Assembly (NCBI GenBank): GCA_010015585.1
Contig: ML975167.1
DNA length: 64,000 nt
Direction: 5' to 3' (one strand)
DNA from: Eremomyces bilateralis CBS 781.70
Taxonomy: Eukaryota
Positions 23,900 to 36,500 of the stretch are shown piece by piece (position 1 is the stretch's first letter; each line of letters starts with the position of its first letter). The position numbers and the translations under genes were made by a program. Below the pieces are notes generated by a model, which did no database searches, was not told the DNA's origin, and was given only the letters and a program-made list of their open reading frames with translations.

Positions 23900-24500
23900 T
23901 TATATCCGAATCCGTACGGTACAGCTTACGGCCGTGTCCAGCCTGTAACGTTGTGTTTCAAGCGATATCAGCGGGACTTCAATTACGTCCGAGTCACGCA
24001 CGCTTGAGTACTATGTGCACTGAAGGCATCTTCCCGCAGCTGAGAAAGAAAATAGGTATATTTTGCTGACCGGGATAGGATCTGGACATTCGCAACTAAG
24101 ACAAGTTCAGGAGAGGACTGACCTTGATCCCGATCCGCTAGCGGACACGACGCTCGACTTCATCAAGGGATGTATCGGCCAGTGCTTGTGTTTCAAACCC
24201 ATTCAAAGTGCTGCTTGTGAGGACATCAGAAGCTTCCGAAGCGTGTGATTAACTTCGGCAACAGCGATTTGTACCAACCTCGTCTCTACGAAAGTATATT
24301 AGAGCCGAGATGATATATTTCCCTCAGTTACAGATGAGGTCATGGGGAGATACAGTCATCCCGCTACTCAAGGGCAGCAATATCCTCAATATGAAGGAAG
24401 GTATAGACATCTCAATGCTTCCCAAAGCATTCAGGGACGTTATCTTCGTTGCCCGCCATTTGGGCGTCCAGGATGTCTGGATCGATTCGCTTTGCGCACA
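23900..24500 (+). pseudogene. HET-domain (heterokaryon incompatibility) gene relic
   Basis: LPKRVINFG...PRLYE, ISLSYR, LPKAFRDVIFVARHLGVQDVWIDSLC occur in different frames, then truncate. Confidence 0.8.
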
Positions 24501-24914
24501 AACCATGTCAGATGCAACCTACTACCATTAATGCTCTGCTACTATTGAAATGTATCTCCTGATACTCTCTATTGGGACCAAGAGTGGCGCATTCCTCGGG
24601 TGCATCAATGACTCTGTTTGATGAGATTGAAGGTTGTACAGATGGATTGAAGTGATGTCGGAACGCAGCGACAGCTTGGTCAGAAAGACAAACGTCAATG
24701 TCAGATCTGGCTTATACGAGCAGACTCACTTTCCTTCCACCCTCGAGTCCCCGACAGAGGCCTCGGTCCTACTACCTGTACAATAATGATCGTGATGACT
24801 AATCATGAGTGAATTGAATAACATGTTATATGATAAAAAGGCGCAAGGTAGAATTGTGTCCGTCGAATCCCCATTCAAAACAAAAAACTCGAACTGAGCT
24901 TCAGAACAGCAGCC

Positions 24915-26075
24915 ATGCAAGGACTCGTTTTGGACACGGAGCAGAAGACAGCATTTGTCAAAGATATTCCAATACCCGAACCAGGAGCTGGAGAGGTCTT
25001 GATACAAGTATACACAGTCGCTCTGAATCCAATCGATCCACTTTACGTACACAATCCCCTTGGCGCAACCGGACGGACAGTTGGCAGCGATTTTGCGGGC
25101 ATCATCAACAAACTTGGAGAGGCTGTACCCTCAACGAGTGGCCTAAAAGAGGGACAGAGAGTCGCGGGGTTTCTGCAAGGAGCATGCAGTGTTAACGAAA
25201 GGCCAGGCTCCTTTGCGGAGTATGCAGTTGCCCCATGGGATCTTGTGTGGAGAGTACCCAGTACATTGAGCTTTGAAGAAGCGGCTACTAAAAACTTGTG
25301 CGGCCTTACTGCTGCTCAAGCAGTATTTTTTCGACTCGGCCTTCCGGCGCCATTCACCTGGAAAGGGAAAGAGGAGGAGGACCGGATCAGAAAGTGGGCC
25401 AAAAAGGAGGTCTATTTCTTCATTGCTGGAGCATCAACGTCAGTGGGCATGTACGCTGCACAGTTGGTTCGTCGGTCAGCCGAAGTCAATGGCGCAACAA
25501 TCAGACTCCTAGGTGCAGCGAGCAAACAGAGATTCAGCTTACTGAAAAGTGAACCATATGGCTACGATGACCTGGTGGACTACCGAAATAACGATTGGGT
25601 TGAACACATCCGAGCACTGACTGGTGGGAAAGGGGTGGACTTTGCTTACGACTGCATCTCCGAAGGCAACACCGTTAAAACAGTGAGCGAAACACTCAAC
25701 AATAGCGGGAACATGGCAATTGTGCGCAGTAGAGAAGGTAATGCCTGGAACGCAGAGGATCTCCCTGTCGAACCCATCTACGGAGCTGTCTGGGAGGGCT
25801 TGGGCATCGAGATTCAGTACCAGGGGTTCACGGTTCCTACTTCACCTGAAGCGAGAGCCTTTGCAGTTGCTTTCTTCAAATGGCTCTCAGAAGGAGGCGA
25901 ACTGAGCGCAAACCCCGTGCGATTGATGCCAGGAGGTCTAGATAGCATTGTCAAGGATGGATTCTTGTTGCTAGGCCCCGGCTCAATGGAAGATCGGGAG
26001 CACACTCGGACCGAGTCATGGATGAGACCTATAAGCGCAGAGAAATTGGTGTATCGAGTTGGCGAATGGAATTAG
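24915..26075 (+). CDS. MDR-superfamily NADPH oxidoreductase / trans-enoyl reductase-like
   Basis: PEPGAGEVLIQVYTVALNPID, GSDFAG, GSFAEYAV, AGASTSVGMYAAQL, SAEKLVY; 386 aa, intronless. Confidence 0.9.
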   Translation: MQGLVLDTEQKTAFVKDIPIPEPGAGEVLIQVYTVALNPIDPLYVHNPLGATGRTVGSDFAGIINKLGEAVPSTSGLKEGQRVAGFLQGACSVNERPGSFAEYAVAPWDLVWRVPSTLSFEEAATKNLCGLTAAQAVFFRLGLPAPFTWKGKEEEDRIRKWAKKEVYFFIAGASTSVGMYAAQLVRRSAEVNGATIRLLGAASKQRFSLLKSEPYGYDDLVDYRNNDWVEHIRALTGGKGVDFAYDCISEGNTVKTVSETLNNSGNMAIVRSREGNAWNAEDLPVEPIYGAVWEGLGIEIQYQGFTVPTSPEARAFAVAFFKWLSEGGELSANPVRLMPGGLDSIVKDGFLLLGPGSMEDREHTRTESWMRPISAEKLVYRVGEWN

Positions 26076-26103
26076 ATCTCCTTTTCAAACCAATCGTTAA
26101 ACC

Positions 26104-26930
26104 CTAAAGTAACAGCTGCCCACCATTGGTGCTAATGACAGACCCAGAAAGATTGCGATCTTTCATAGCATACAAATAAGCTTCCACCACATCCTCTACC
26201 TGTCCCATTTGGCCCGTGGTCATCCTAGTTGTGAATGAAGCTAGCAATGCTTTGCGCTGTCCCTCATCCCACCGTTCCGTATCAACAGCGCCTGGAACGA
26301 TAAGATTGATCCTGATGGGTTTGAGATCAAGGGCCAGATTACGTGTCAACGCTGATAAACCGCCTGAAAAGCCGACAACAGGTGACCAGCCAGGAAGTGG
26401 CCTATCGATAACAGATCCAGAAGTAAGAGTGATTGAAGAGCTTGGACCTGGAGTGAGATGTTTCGGGGCATGTTTTGCGAGGAGAATAGGCGCAAAGAGT
26501 CTGACCATGCCTGATATTTTAGTTAGCACTAGTATAGTTCTAAGAAAAACGTTCAAGACCCACCGGCTTTTTTCAATGTGTCCAACGTAATATTGCCTAA
26601 ACCGAATGTATTGCGAAGCTTGTCCGCAGCCGTGTAAACGATATGATCAACAATTCCCACTTGATCTAACAACTGAACGATATTCTCCTCGACACCCTCA
26701 GACCCTAGATCACACACATAACCGACCACACTGTCTTTCTTTGAAGGGTACAATTTCTGCAGTCTTGCAACCGTATCTTTGATCCGTGATTCATTCGATG
26801 AGGAAATAATGACTTCGGCACCAAGCTCGAGACTGGCTTCTGCGACGCCAAAGCCAATGCCGGAGGTACCTCCAAGCACAAGAATGCGAGCCTTGTTCAG
26901 CCTTTGAGCATATTTTTGTTGATCCGCCAT
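26104..26930 (-). CDS. Short-chain dehydrogenase/reductase
   Basis: ILVLGGTSGIGFGVA Rossmann motif, LALDLKPIRINLIVPGAVDT; one intron at ~26512-26564. Confidence 0.9.
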
Positions 26931-27924
26931 TGTGATATGGAAAAGGACCGATGGTTCCTTAGCAATGAAAGCGATTCCACGTTTTTGTTTCGAGACCAGC
27001 AATATATATATACTGGCATAGACTTGCTCGGTCTCGGAGTCGGCATTATGAGTTCAGCCTCGGAGAGACTCAAAACGGAAGTGACCGGACTTTAACGGAC
27101 TTTATGGGTCAGCGTGGTGGATGCCGGAAGATCAGATACCTCTTCAAGAGAACCCTGTGAAAGGATTAGTACTGTTATTTGATAAGTATACTGTCCTCTA
27201 ATTGCACCATGGAGAGTAACTACTGTTATGAGGAAAGTAGGTGACCAGAGTACCGCGAGGTGATGCCTTGTCGTGTGTGAGATATAGCCATGTGAGAGAC
27301 TCGGGGGTGTATTACCGCAGTATTGCGGTCGAATGGGCCAAGTCCACGAATATTTAGCGCCGCATCAATCGATGTCGCCAAACCTGTATTGGTAGGTTAG
27401 GCGAACAGCTCTCCTGTGACGATCTATACTCCATTTCACGAGTTTTGACACTACTCTTGTTATTCTGAAGGCAGCAAGCTGGAGTAATTTGTAGAAGCTC
27501 CCAGTGAGCCCCTATCATCTGGAAGTGATGACTTCAAGAGCTCGGTAATGATGAGATGATTGCCTCTCGAGGAAGAGGTAGGACACCCAGGCTTGAGAGT
27601 AAAGCTGTAGCACAACCAATTCTCTGAGACAACGGAAGCAATGGGCCTTGCAATGTCGATTCCTCTGTGGGCCGCTTGATGAAAACCGTTCCCTGAAACC
27701 GAATCAAGGAGGTACCAAAAGTGATTCGCAATAGAGCTGAAGATGCCTCTATTAAAGAGAAGCGCATGGTTTCGAAGTAAAGGGGTATTTTGAAATTAGA
27801 AGTGAGCTCTGTCCTCTAATTTCTAGTCTCCTTTCTCCATTAGTCTATCATACAGCTGAGGACTTACACGTTCGTAATCACTATACATTGGGCTATCCTC
27901 TGGCCGAAGCCCAGATTTTCCTCA

Positions 27925-29963
27925 CTACCAAAGGGTTCTCCCTGCCTTCACCTCCTTCAGGAGCTCGTCATCAGCAAGCGCCTTGGCCAGATCCAACAAC
28001 ATCAAATCACAGTTGCGATGCGCGAGCAGATCGATCGCCACCGGCAGCTTCTCCTCCACGCCCGAGATGGTGCTCTGGTACGGCACCTCTCCGATTGGGA
28101 AGACAACTTCGGGGCCCTGCGACTGCACGCTGTAATAGTACGGCGTGAACGACGCCCACGAGCTGACGTCCGGCGGGGAGTACACGTTGTTGCGGTATGA
28201 CGTGTCGCCCGTCGCCATGGGGATGAGGAACAGACTCTCCGAGCAGGACTGCGGGTCCGACTTGACGACGTTCTGGCCGAACCATTCCTTGAAGAACTGG
28301 AACCGCTCGTAGGACGTGTCGAAGTCCTCCTGGGTCGTGTTGAGCGCGGTGAGGTAGCGTGCGGCCGGGAAGGGGTTGATGAACGGTGTGCGGCCGCCGT
28401 TGGCGGCTGCGTAGTCCTCGCGGAATGGGGTGATGACTTTTTCGAGCTGGTTCTTCCAGATGAGGTGAAATCCTACCATCTGCATGTAGCTCGCGAACTC
28501 GGTGTCGGGTTTTTGGGCCGTGGCGTTCCAGTAGTCGCCGATGGGGGCCGTCTCGACCGTGGCGTTGAGGAAAGTGGAGAGCTTGGCGATCCAGTTGGTG
28601 AACAGCTCCTGGCTGGCATTGTTGGCGACGGGCCACAGGTTGCCCGGAACGATCAGCTTGCGCGGGAAGCTGGTGTAGTTGTTCGTCATCTGCTCCGAGT
28701 CGCTCAGCCACGCTTTCCCGAAGTCCCGAAGCGTGTACGGTGAACGGGAATGATAGCCGACGGAATCGAAATATGACCCCTCAATCAGGACGCCTTCGTT
28801 GGAGACGGCGCCGAAGGAGGGCCGCAGGCCGAATACGCCGTTCTTCCCCGCTGGGATACGGATCGATCCTCCGGTATCCGTAGCGATCGAGACATCGACC
28901 CAGTCGTACGCACCGGTGGATGCGCCAGCACCGGCGCTCGAGACCCCTGGATCCTGGTATCCATCTCCTCGTGGGTTGAAGGCGTCGCTGTAACATGGCG
29001 ATCAGTCACTGGCACATGAATTTGAAAAGGAGGACTCACTGGTAGTCGACCCAATCCGCAGTGGGTCGGTCAGAATTGGCGAATTGGGCCGTCTTCGTCT
29101 TGCCGATGATGTCCGCGCCAAGGTCGATGAGCTTCTGCAATCCAGGAGCGGACGCATCCTTGGCATCATACAGTTTGAACCACGCCCTATTCCCCTGACT
29201 GGTCTTGACGCCCTTGATATCAATGATATCCTTCACAGTGACTCGTAGTCCCTTGAGGGGTTGGTCCTTGGATTGCTGGTTCTTGGTGTATAGGCGAGAT
29301 GGGACGGGAATTCCGACGGTAGAATCGCTGATGGTATTGGCGGTCGCGTATCGGAACGCACCGTCTGTACCGTTGGGCAAGAGTCCGCTCATGAAGGCCA
29401 TGTGGTCATCCTGGTAAATCCGATAGACTGGACCGAGAGTCGCAGTGTTTTTGCCGAAAGAGGCAAGGTATGGTCCATTTGGAGCATCGCCATCTGTTTT
29501 GACGGAGAGCGTGCTCTCGGAATCCCTCTCTCCAAAAATAACTTCGGTTCCATATGCTTCTTTCAGACACTTGGAGAGTCCTCGCTCGTACGAAGTGGCT
29601 TTCTTCAAGTATACAGCTACGACCAACCCATGTCAGTGACCAGGCTCCGAATATGAGAACGATGATAATCTTACCATAGAGAAACAGCTCCTCGAAGATA
29701 TCATCTTGGTGGTATGCCTCGACCTGCTCCTTGACCCAGGCGCAAGTCACCGTCTTGCCAGATGGAGTGAAGACAGTTAAAGGGAGTATCGAAGGGAGAT
29801 CGGCGTCCTTGCTGTTGACATCGAATCTTGACGTCCATCCAGAGAAATAGCCGATGAGCTGCTCGCCAGTCGTCGGGCTAGTGATCGACACCGAATCCGG
29901 CGTTGGGGATGACAGGGAGTTCAGAGCGAACGAAGTCTTGATCAGACTCCAAAGCGAAGGCAT
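27925..29963 (-). CDS. Amidase signature-family protein (probably secreted)
   Basis: PLKGLRVTVKDIIDIKG, GKTKTAQFA, NPRGDGYQDPGVSSAGAG, TDTGGSIR; introns at ~29627-29672 and ~28988-29040. Confidence 0.88.
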
Positions 29964-32900
29964 CTTGACTATGTTGACGTGATCTGCAGCGCGCAACGCC
30001 GGGTGAGGGAACGGGCTCACGGTTCTTTATGCAGGTTTTGAATTGGAACATCTTATCTCCCCACGAGCGGACCCTCCGCCACGAGGGCAATGAGGAATGC
30101 ATCTGCGTTAGGGACCTGGATACCATGAGGGCATCGTGGGGGGAAGGCCATGCCTATCAAGAGGCCTTCCGGCGAGCCAATTGACTCGAGCGATTTGAGC
30201 GATTTTGGTTGCTATATCGCCTAGAACGATCCTTTGTATGGAGGATGAGGAGAATTTGGGATGTTGTCCGTAGATTCTACGGGACCCAATGTCAAGAGCG
30301 TTGCCGACGGCCGTCAAGATATCGCGAACTTATGATAAAGCCAGTACGAAATAGTCCACCAAACCTTAGGATGGATCCTAGAAGAGTTAGTACGGCTCTT
30401 AAACTGGCGAATTGGCGACATATTTTACCATTTATGACAAACATATGACTGATGCGCAGTATGTAGTAGTGAGTTCCACATCGTCCCTGGCCTCAGATCC
30501 CGGACTCCTGGTGCGAAATCCGCGAGATCTTATCTGGCCGCAGTCGGAGACGGTCAAGATCGGCACATTTGAAGGAATACCAACGCTCCCGACATTCAGT
30601 GATCGGTTATGAGACGGTGCCGTTCGGGTCCCAGTGAGTCCCGGTGGGATGGCGGATGGTTCGCGCAGGTTAGCATGAGACAGAGCCCACAAAAAGGAGG
30701 GGTTGGGTTAGGAGAACGATATTGTACGCGATAACAATGATCTTCTTAGCAATTCAATATTGTAGGTTCTTTTCGGGTAAATGAAGGGTAAGAGATCAAA
30801 TATCAATATCACCAACATCGACTCCTTGTGTTGGTTGCGCTGCTCATACCTCTGTCGAATACTCGATACCTGTGCCTCGATCACGTCTCAGCACCGCCAC
30901 CCACCGAGTTGGCGACGAACTGGGCAGTCTTCGATGGCGACACGACTTATAGAAATGTGGCAACAACATGATACCTATAGATTTTCTCCCTGAGCGGTTA
31001 AGAATGATAAAATAGGGGCTGCCCGATTTAAAGGAGTTTCGGTTTCGGTTGCAGTGAAGGCGCTATCAGCCCTAGTGCCTTGGTGCCTCAGAATCTCACG
31101 TGCAGGTCCATATCATCCACAATCTATAAGTTATGTGATGAAAGTTAGCAAGCTCTCTACCCGCCCGCAGTATGGTTCAATGATCTAATCCCAATCCCAG
31201 TGCAGCGTTTATGGCGTTCATTGGTTCGGAAGGACACCCATTGGCTCAACCCGAGGGATGGTCGATAGATGGGATTGCTAAAAATGGGAATTTAGGGCAC
31301 ACTCTCCAGTTCTGCAGGCACTTCTGCTGCAAGGGTCCAACGAATTCAGGGGTCGTCGGATCAATGGCGAAAAGCAAGATTGATGAATTCCGAATTTCTG
31401 ATGATGGTCACCTTTCCCCGCGTCCTGGGAATAAAATTCGGTGGGAACGGGAAAGTACGGGTCTGATGAACCGGCGAACGGACCAGGAGGAGAAAATATT
31501 CCGACTGGCGATCTGATATTGCCAGTAATTGGTATATGTATTACGGAATCCTTCTACTAGCATTTTCCGATCCTCTAAATTGAGAACCGTTGGTTCTGGA
31601 AATTCGAGATGGTATATATGCAGGGTTACATGACCGGAGCAAGCCCCTTGGGTCGGATGGCATCGACTGGATCTAGTGACTCGCTATGCTAGCAGACGAC
31701 GACAATGCGATTCGCGGAGCGGATGCAGGAGATGGTTAGATGGCACAGCCGCTTGGGGGAAGGGTTTGCGGCCAATTGGTTAAGGCCCAGGGAGAGCTGT
31801 GTTAAGGTTGGCGAGTTGAAGGAGGGGGTTCTGGGAAGCCATCGTGGAACCCCTCCATGATGATCCAGCGAGGTCGTACAACGATACGAGGGAGGATCGA
31901 GGCACTTTCTTACATAGTAGGGATAAAGAGAAGCAGAGCAAACATATGGTGGATTGTGCGAGCCTTGCGGGTCTTACGGCTAGATGCTTAGAGTCGAAAA
32001 TGATACAGTTCCAAGTTCCAACACTGAACACCGTCCGCTTATGCAAGCCGTGAGCCGCAAGGCAGATCGCCAGGAAGCCAGGAGGTCAACATGTGATATT
32101 ATGCCAGTCTGTAATCTGTATCCAAGTGTCCACGGCCAAAATATGGTGGCCAGTGAACACCAAGCGAGTGGACACTTCCACGCTTACGGAGTATTAGTAC
32201 TCCGTACCGACACTGCTGATGTCGATCCTGCAAGAGAATAATCCGCCGTCCTGTGACCCCCTGGAGAAAAGTTGGTGGGAGAGCCGAGTTGAAGAAGTCA
32301 GAGGACATGCGGTCGGGAAGTCTGGGGTAATAAGGAGGTTCGCTGAGTTGGCTGGTGTTTCAGACTTTTTTTTGGTGGCAGCAAATGAAGTCAGTCGATC
32401 GTCGGAGGAAGTGTCAGTCAGCTGTCTGTGCCGCTCCCTTTGTGCCCAATTACTGTCTCTCTAGCCTCACGACTCCCTCTCGCTCTCCTCTTCCTCGCTA
32501 TCAAGTGTCACCCACGCTGTGTCTCGGTCCCGGTCTCACGGAGCCTTTCTGCTGTTCTAACTTCTGTCGTCTGTGCTGACTACTGTCGCCTCGCAGCTCG
32601 CAGGCTGTTGTGCTTTGGTTCACTGCTCCCTTAGCCACCCAACTTATCCTACATCTTCTATCAACTTGTCCATCAACTTGTCCATTCGGGTCAATTCAGC
32701 CATCCCTTACTCTCCTTTTCACCATACATTCACGATCTTTTCCATGAATCCTGTTGACTCCCGACTTCGATTTTATCCGTGAGGACCGGTCGAAGCGATG
32801 CGTTCATGACACCGCCAGCGCTGTCCCCTTTTTCCTCCTCCAACCTCCCGCCTCATAGGGGGGGCTACCAGTAATCCAAGATTCCAGGGAGATCACCTTC

Positions 32901-33543
32901 GTTGCTCACGATTCCGATCCTCGTATCCTTCCGTGCCTGGATTTCCCTCGAAATTCGGCCCGACGCCTCGTTTCCGTGCAAAAGTGCGAGCGAGTTTCGA
33001 TTCCAACCTCCGGACTTTTTTTTAGGCGAGGCGGAAAAGCGATAGTGCACGTCGCATTCCTCGTCGAGCAGTCCGCCCACACCACACGTCCGATTGAAAG
33101 AAGACGAGTCGACGCGGTTCGGGTCGACGTCGCCAAATCGGACTCACGATCCTTCTGCGTTCACCGCATGACGCCGAGCGAGTACCGGTATAAGGCTGAT
33201 ACTTGATCGCGCGTTGACTGGGTCCGGTCGTCCTCCGACCCGTGAAACTTGCACGATTCCTCCGGCCTGGTTGAGCTGAATGCGTGAGAACGCGGGCATA
33301 GGACTGACTCTCCACATCATACCTTCTAACGACCGTTGACGTTGAAAGACGACGTTCCTTTCTACGTACAATTCGCGAATTGGCCGAATCTGCATCCTTC
33401 ACAAGCGAGCGTCCTTCATTTCCCCGACCGTTCGACATCCGTCCGCATCGCAATCGATCGCGACCTATCCCCTCGACTAGGCCAGGTCTCCGAATCCACC
33501 AGCCGAGGGCACGCCGCACCGTCGCCCGACGTCGTCGCTCACC

Positions 33544-36500
33544 ATGGCCTTCCTTTTCAAGTCCCGGAAATCGCAAGCGGCCCCGTCGGGTCTGCCGCAA
33601 GCAACGCGGGCCACATCCTCCTCTCACGGCCCGTCTACGAACACGTCCTCGATGATACCCACGGCGAATGGCGAGAAGAGAGAGAACTCAACGCCCGGGA
33701 GTAGCGTCAATAATTCGCTGAACAGCTTGCAAAACGAGCCGACAGGAATGACGGCAGTGGTGGGTAGACAAAGAGCGGAGAGTGACCTCTCAGTAAGTTG
33801 CGACTCTTCGACTGCAGAGGAATATGTCATGAACATGTTCCTGGCAATGGAGCTGAACGGAGATTCCATTATTTCCCAATTGCCATTGTTGCGCCTGTAT
33901 GCATCTTACACACCCGGAAACTAACAACCGCAATCATGTAGTCATCCCGACCCAGTACTCGCACTCCAACAGCCGCGCCCTCAGCCGCCTTCACACAACT
34001 GCCCCCGGGTATGTCTCCCGAATCACCCTATCCCTGGTCGCAACGCCGCTTAAACTTCACCGCGGCGAACCCATTCCCGCGATATGGCGCGGCTGTGAAC
34101 GCGATGGCGTCGAAAGAAGGCTACATCTACCTCATGGGCGGACTAATCAACGGCACGACCGTCAAAGGGGATCTATGGATGGTAGAAAGTGGGATCCTGA
34201 ACCCAAATAACCCGCCCACGAGCACGGAAAAGTTCGGCGTGATGGATTGCTATCCCGTCCCGACGAGAATGGAGGGTCCCGGTCCTAGGGTCGGCCATGC
34301 AAGTCTGCTTGTTGGGAACGCGTTCATTGTGTTTGGCGGTGACACTAAAATGGAAGAGGGAGATGTGTTAGATGACACGCTCTATCTGTTAAACACGGGT
34401 GAGACCAGGCCAACGTTTATTGTTTGATCCGCACACTAAACGGAATCCAGCAACGAAGCAATGGTCACGCGCCATTCCCGCTGGCTCGCGTCCGTCCGGA
34501 CGATATGGACACACGCTGAATCTTCTAGGATCGAAAATCTACATTTTTGGTGGCCAGGTGGAGGGGTTCTTCTTCAACGATCTAATCGCATTCGACCTGA
34601 ATCAGCTTCAGAATGCAGGAAACCGATGGGAAATCTTGGTCCCTAATGGAGAACATGACAAAAATGGGCAGCGCATTCCTCCGCCGCGCACAAATCACTC
34701 CATTGTTGCATGGAACGATCGCCTGTATCTGTGAGTGGAACCATATCTTTTGCGGAGAACGATGTTGATTTGGATTTAGATTCGGTGGTACAGACGGCAC
34801 CATTTGGTTCAACGATGTCTGGACATACCATCCGGGAACCAACGCTTGGACCGAACTGGACTGCATCGGATACATTCCTGCTGCTCGTGAAGGGCACTCC
34901 GCAGCGCTCGTCAACGACACCATGTATATCTTCGGCGGTCGCGTCCAAGAGGGCTCCGACCTGGGCGATCTAGCGGCTTTCCGAATCTCTTCCCGGCGAT
35001 GGTACATGTTCCAGAACATGGGCATGTCGCCATCACCACGATCGGGCCACAGCATGACCAGCTACGGCAAGAACATTGTCGTCGTCGGCGGCGAGCCGAG
35101 CTCGGCGCCGCGAGACGTGGCCGAACTGAGCGTCGCATACATCCTCGACACGAGCAAAATCCGCTATCCGACCACCGAGCCACCCTCCGGAACCCCAGTA
35201 CCCGGAGGAATGATTGTGCAGCAGCAGGACCGTGCAACACCGCAGAGAAAATTTTCAGGAGGCGAGGGACCGCCGGGCCCGCATGCGATGCGAGCAATTG
35301 GACCACCGCCGAGTTCGGGAATCCCGCAACCGCAGCAGAAATCGCCACCCCAACTTCATGTCCAACCCGTCAACGGTACCTCTCCCTCACCAGCTCTTGG
35401 ATCGAGACTACCCCAGCCAGCTCCGAGAGGGGCTGGACCACCACAACAACAGCCACCCCGTTTGAACGGCGTGGTAGCGACGACGTCCCCCGCAGCCGCG
35501 GCGATGGCAGGGGCAGGCGCTGGTGGTCGAAAAACACCGACACGATCCGACCGCCCACCACACGGCGTCGAGCAGGACCGGAAACAATCGCAGGAGCTTT
35601 CCCGATCCACGAGCGGTGCCACTTCGCAACTCCAGATGAGCAGGCAAGGCAGTCGTTCGGACAGCCGCTTGCAGCGTGGACAGGGCAGTGTCGATAGCAT
35701 TGAGGCGATCGAGCGGGGGATGGGGCGACCCAATGTAGATGGCCCTTCAACAGGCAGGTCAGGGAGTCGCATGGACAACGCGCCCGCCCAGCAACCGCAA
35801 GATACAGACGATGGGCCACCCGCTGCAACTGCTCTCGCGGCCATCGACTCCGGCATTGGTTCCTACGGCTCCTCTCCCGCTCTCTCCCAAGATCAGACCA
35901 CAATGGACAACGTGCAGCGCGAACTGGAGAAACTCCGCTCGCAAAACGCATGGTACGCCAGCGAGATTGCCCTGGCCCGCAAATCCGGCTACGCGCCGAC
36001 CTCCACGCCATCCTCCTCCACCAACCCATTCCTGTCCACCCCCACCGCCCCCAACCCTCCCCTATCCGACCGTGCCTCCATCTCGAACCCCGACTCCCTC
36101 CTCCCCAACATCGCCGAAGAGGACCGCCCCCTCGTCGAGGCCCTCCTGCGCATGCGCGCCGAGCTGTCCCGCGTGCAGCAGAACATCGAGACGCAGGCGC
36201 AGCGCGCCGCGGCGCGCATCGCAGAGGTCGAGAAACAGCGCGACGGCGCCGTCGGCGAGGCGATGTACGCGCAGGCGAAGCTCGCGAGCATGGGCGCGGC
36301 GTCCACAAGCGGGACGCCGGTCGGCGAGCGCGATCGGTCGATGAGCGTGGCGAGCGTGGGGCGGCGGGCCGGGTCAGCGACGCCGACGACGATGTTGGCG
36401 GAGGAGAACGACCGGGTGCAGGAGATGGGAAGGCGGTTGGCGGCGGCATTGGCGGGGCAGAAGGAGGCAGGGAAGCGGGCGGATGGTCTGCTGGCAGAGT

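Noticed and set aside
30100..33540. Long intergenic region examined for telomerase RNA, other ncRNA or hidden genes
   Set aside because: No TAACCCTAA-type template or recognisable RNA or protein motif found by eye.
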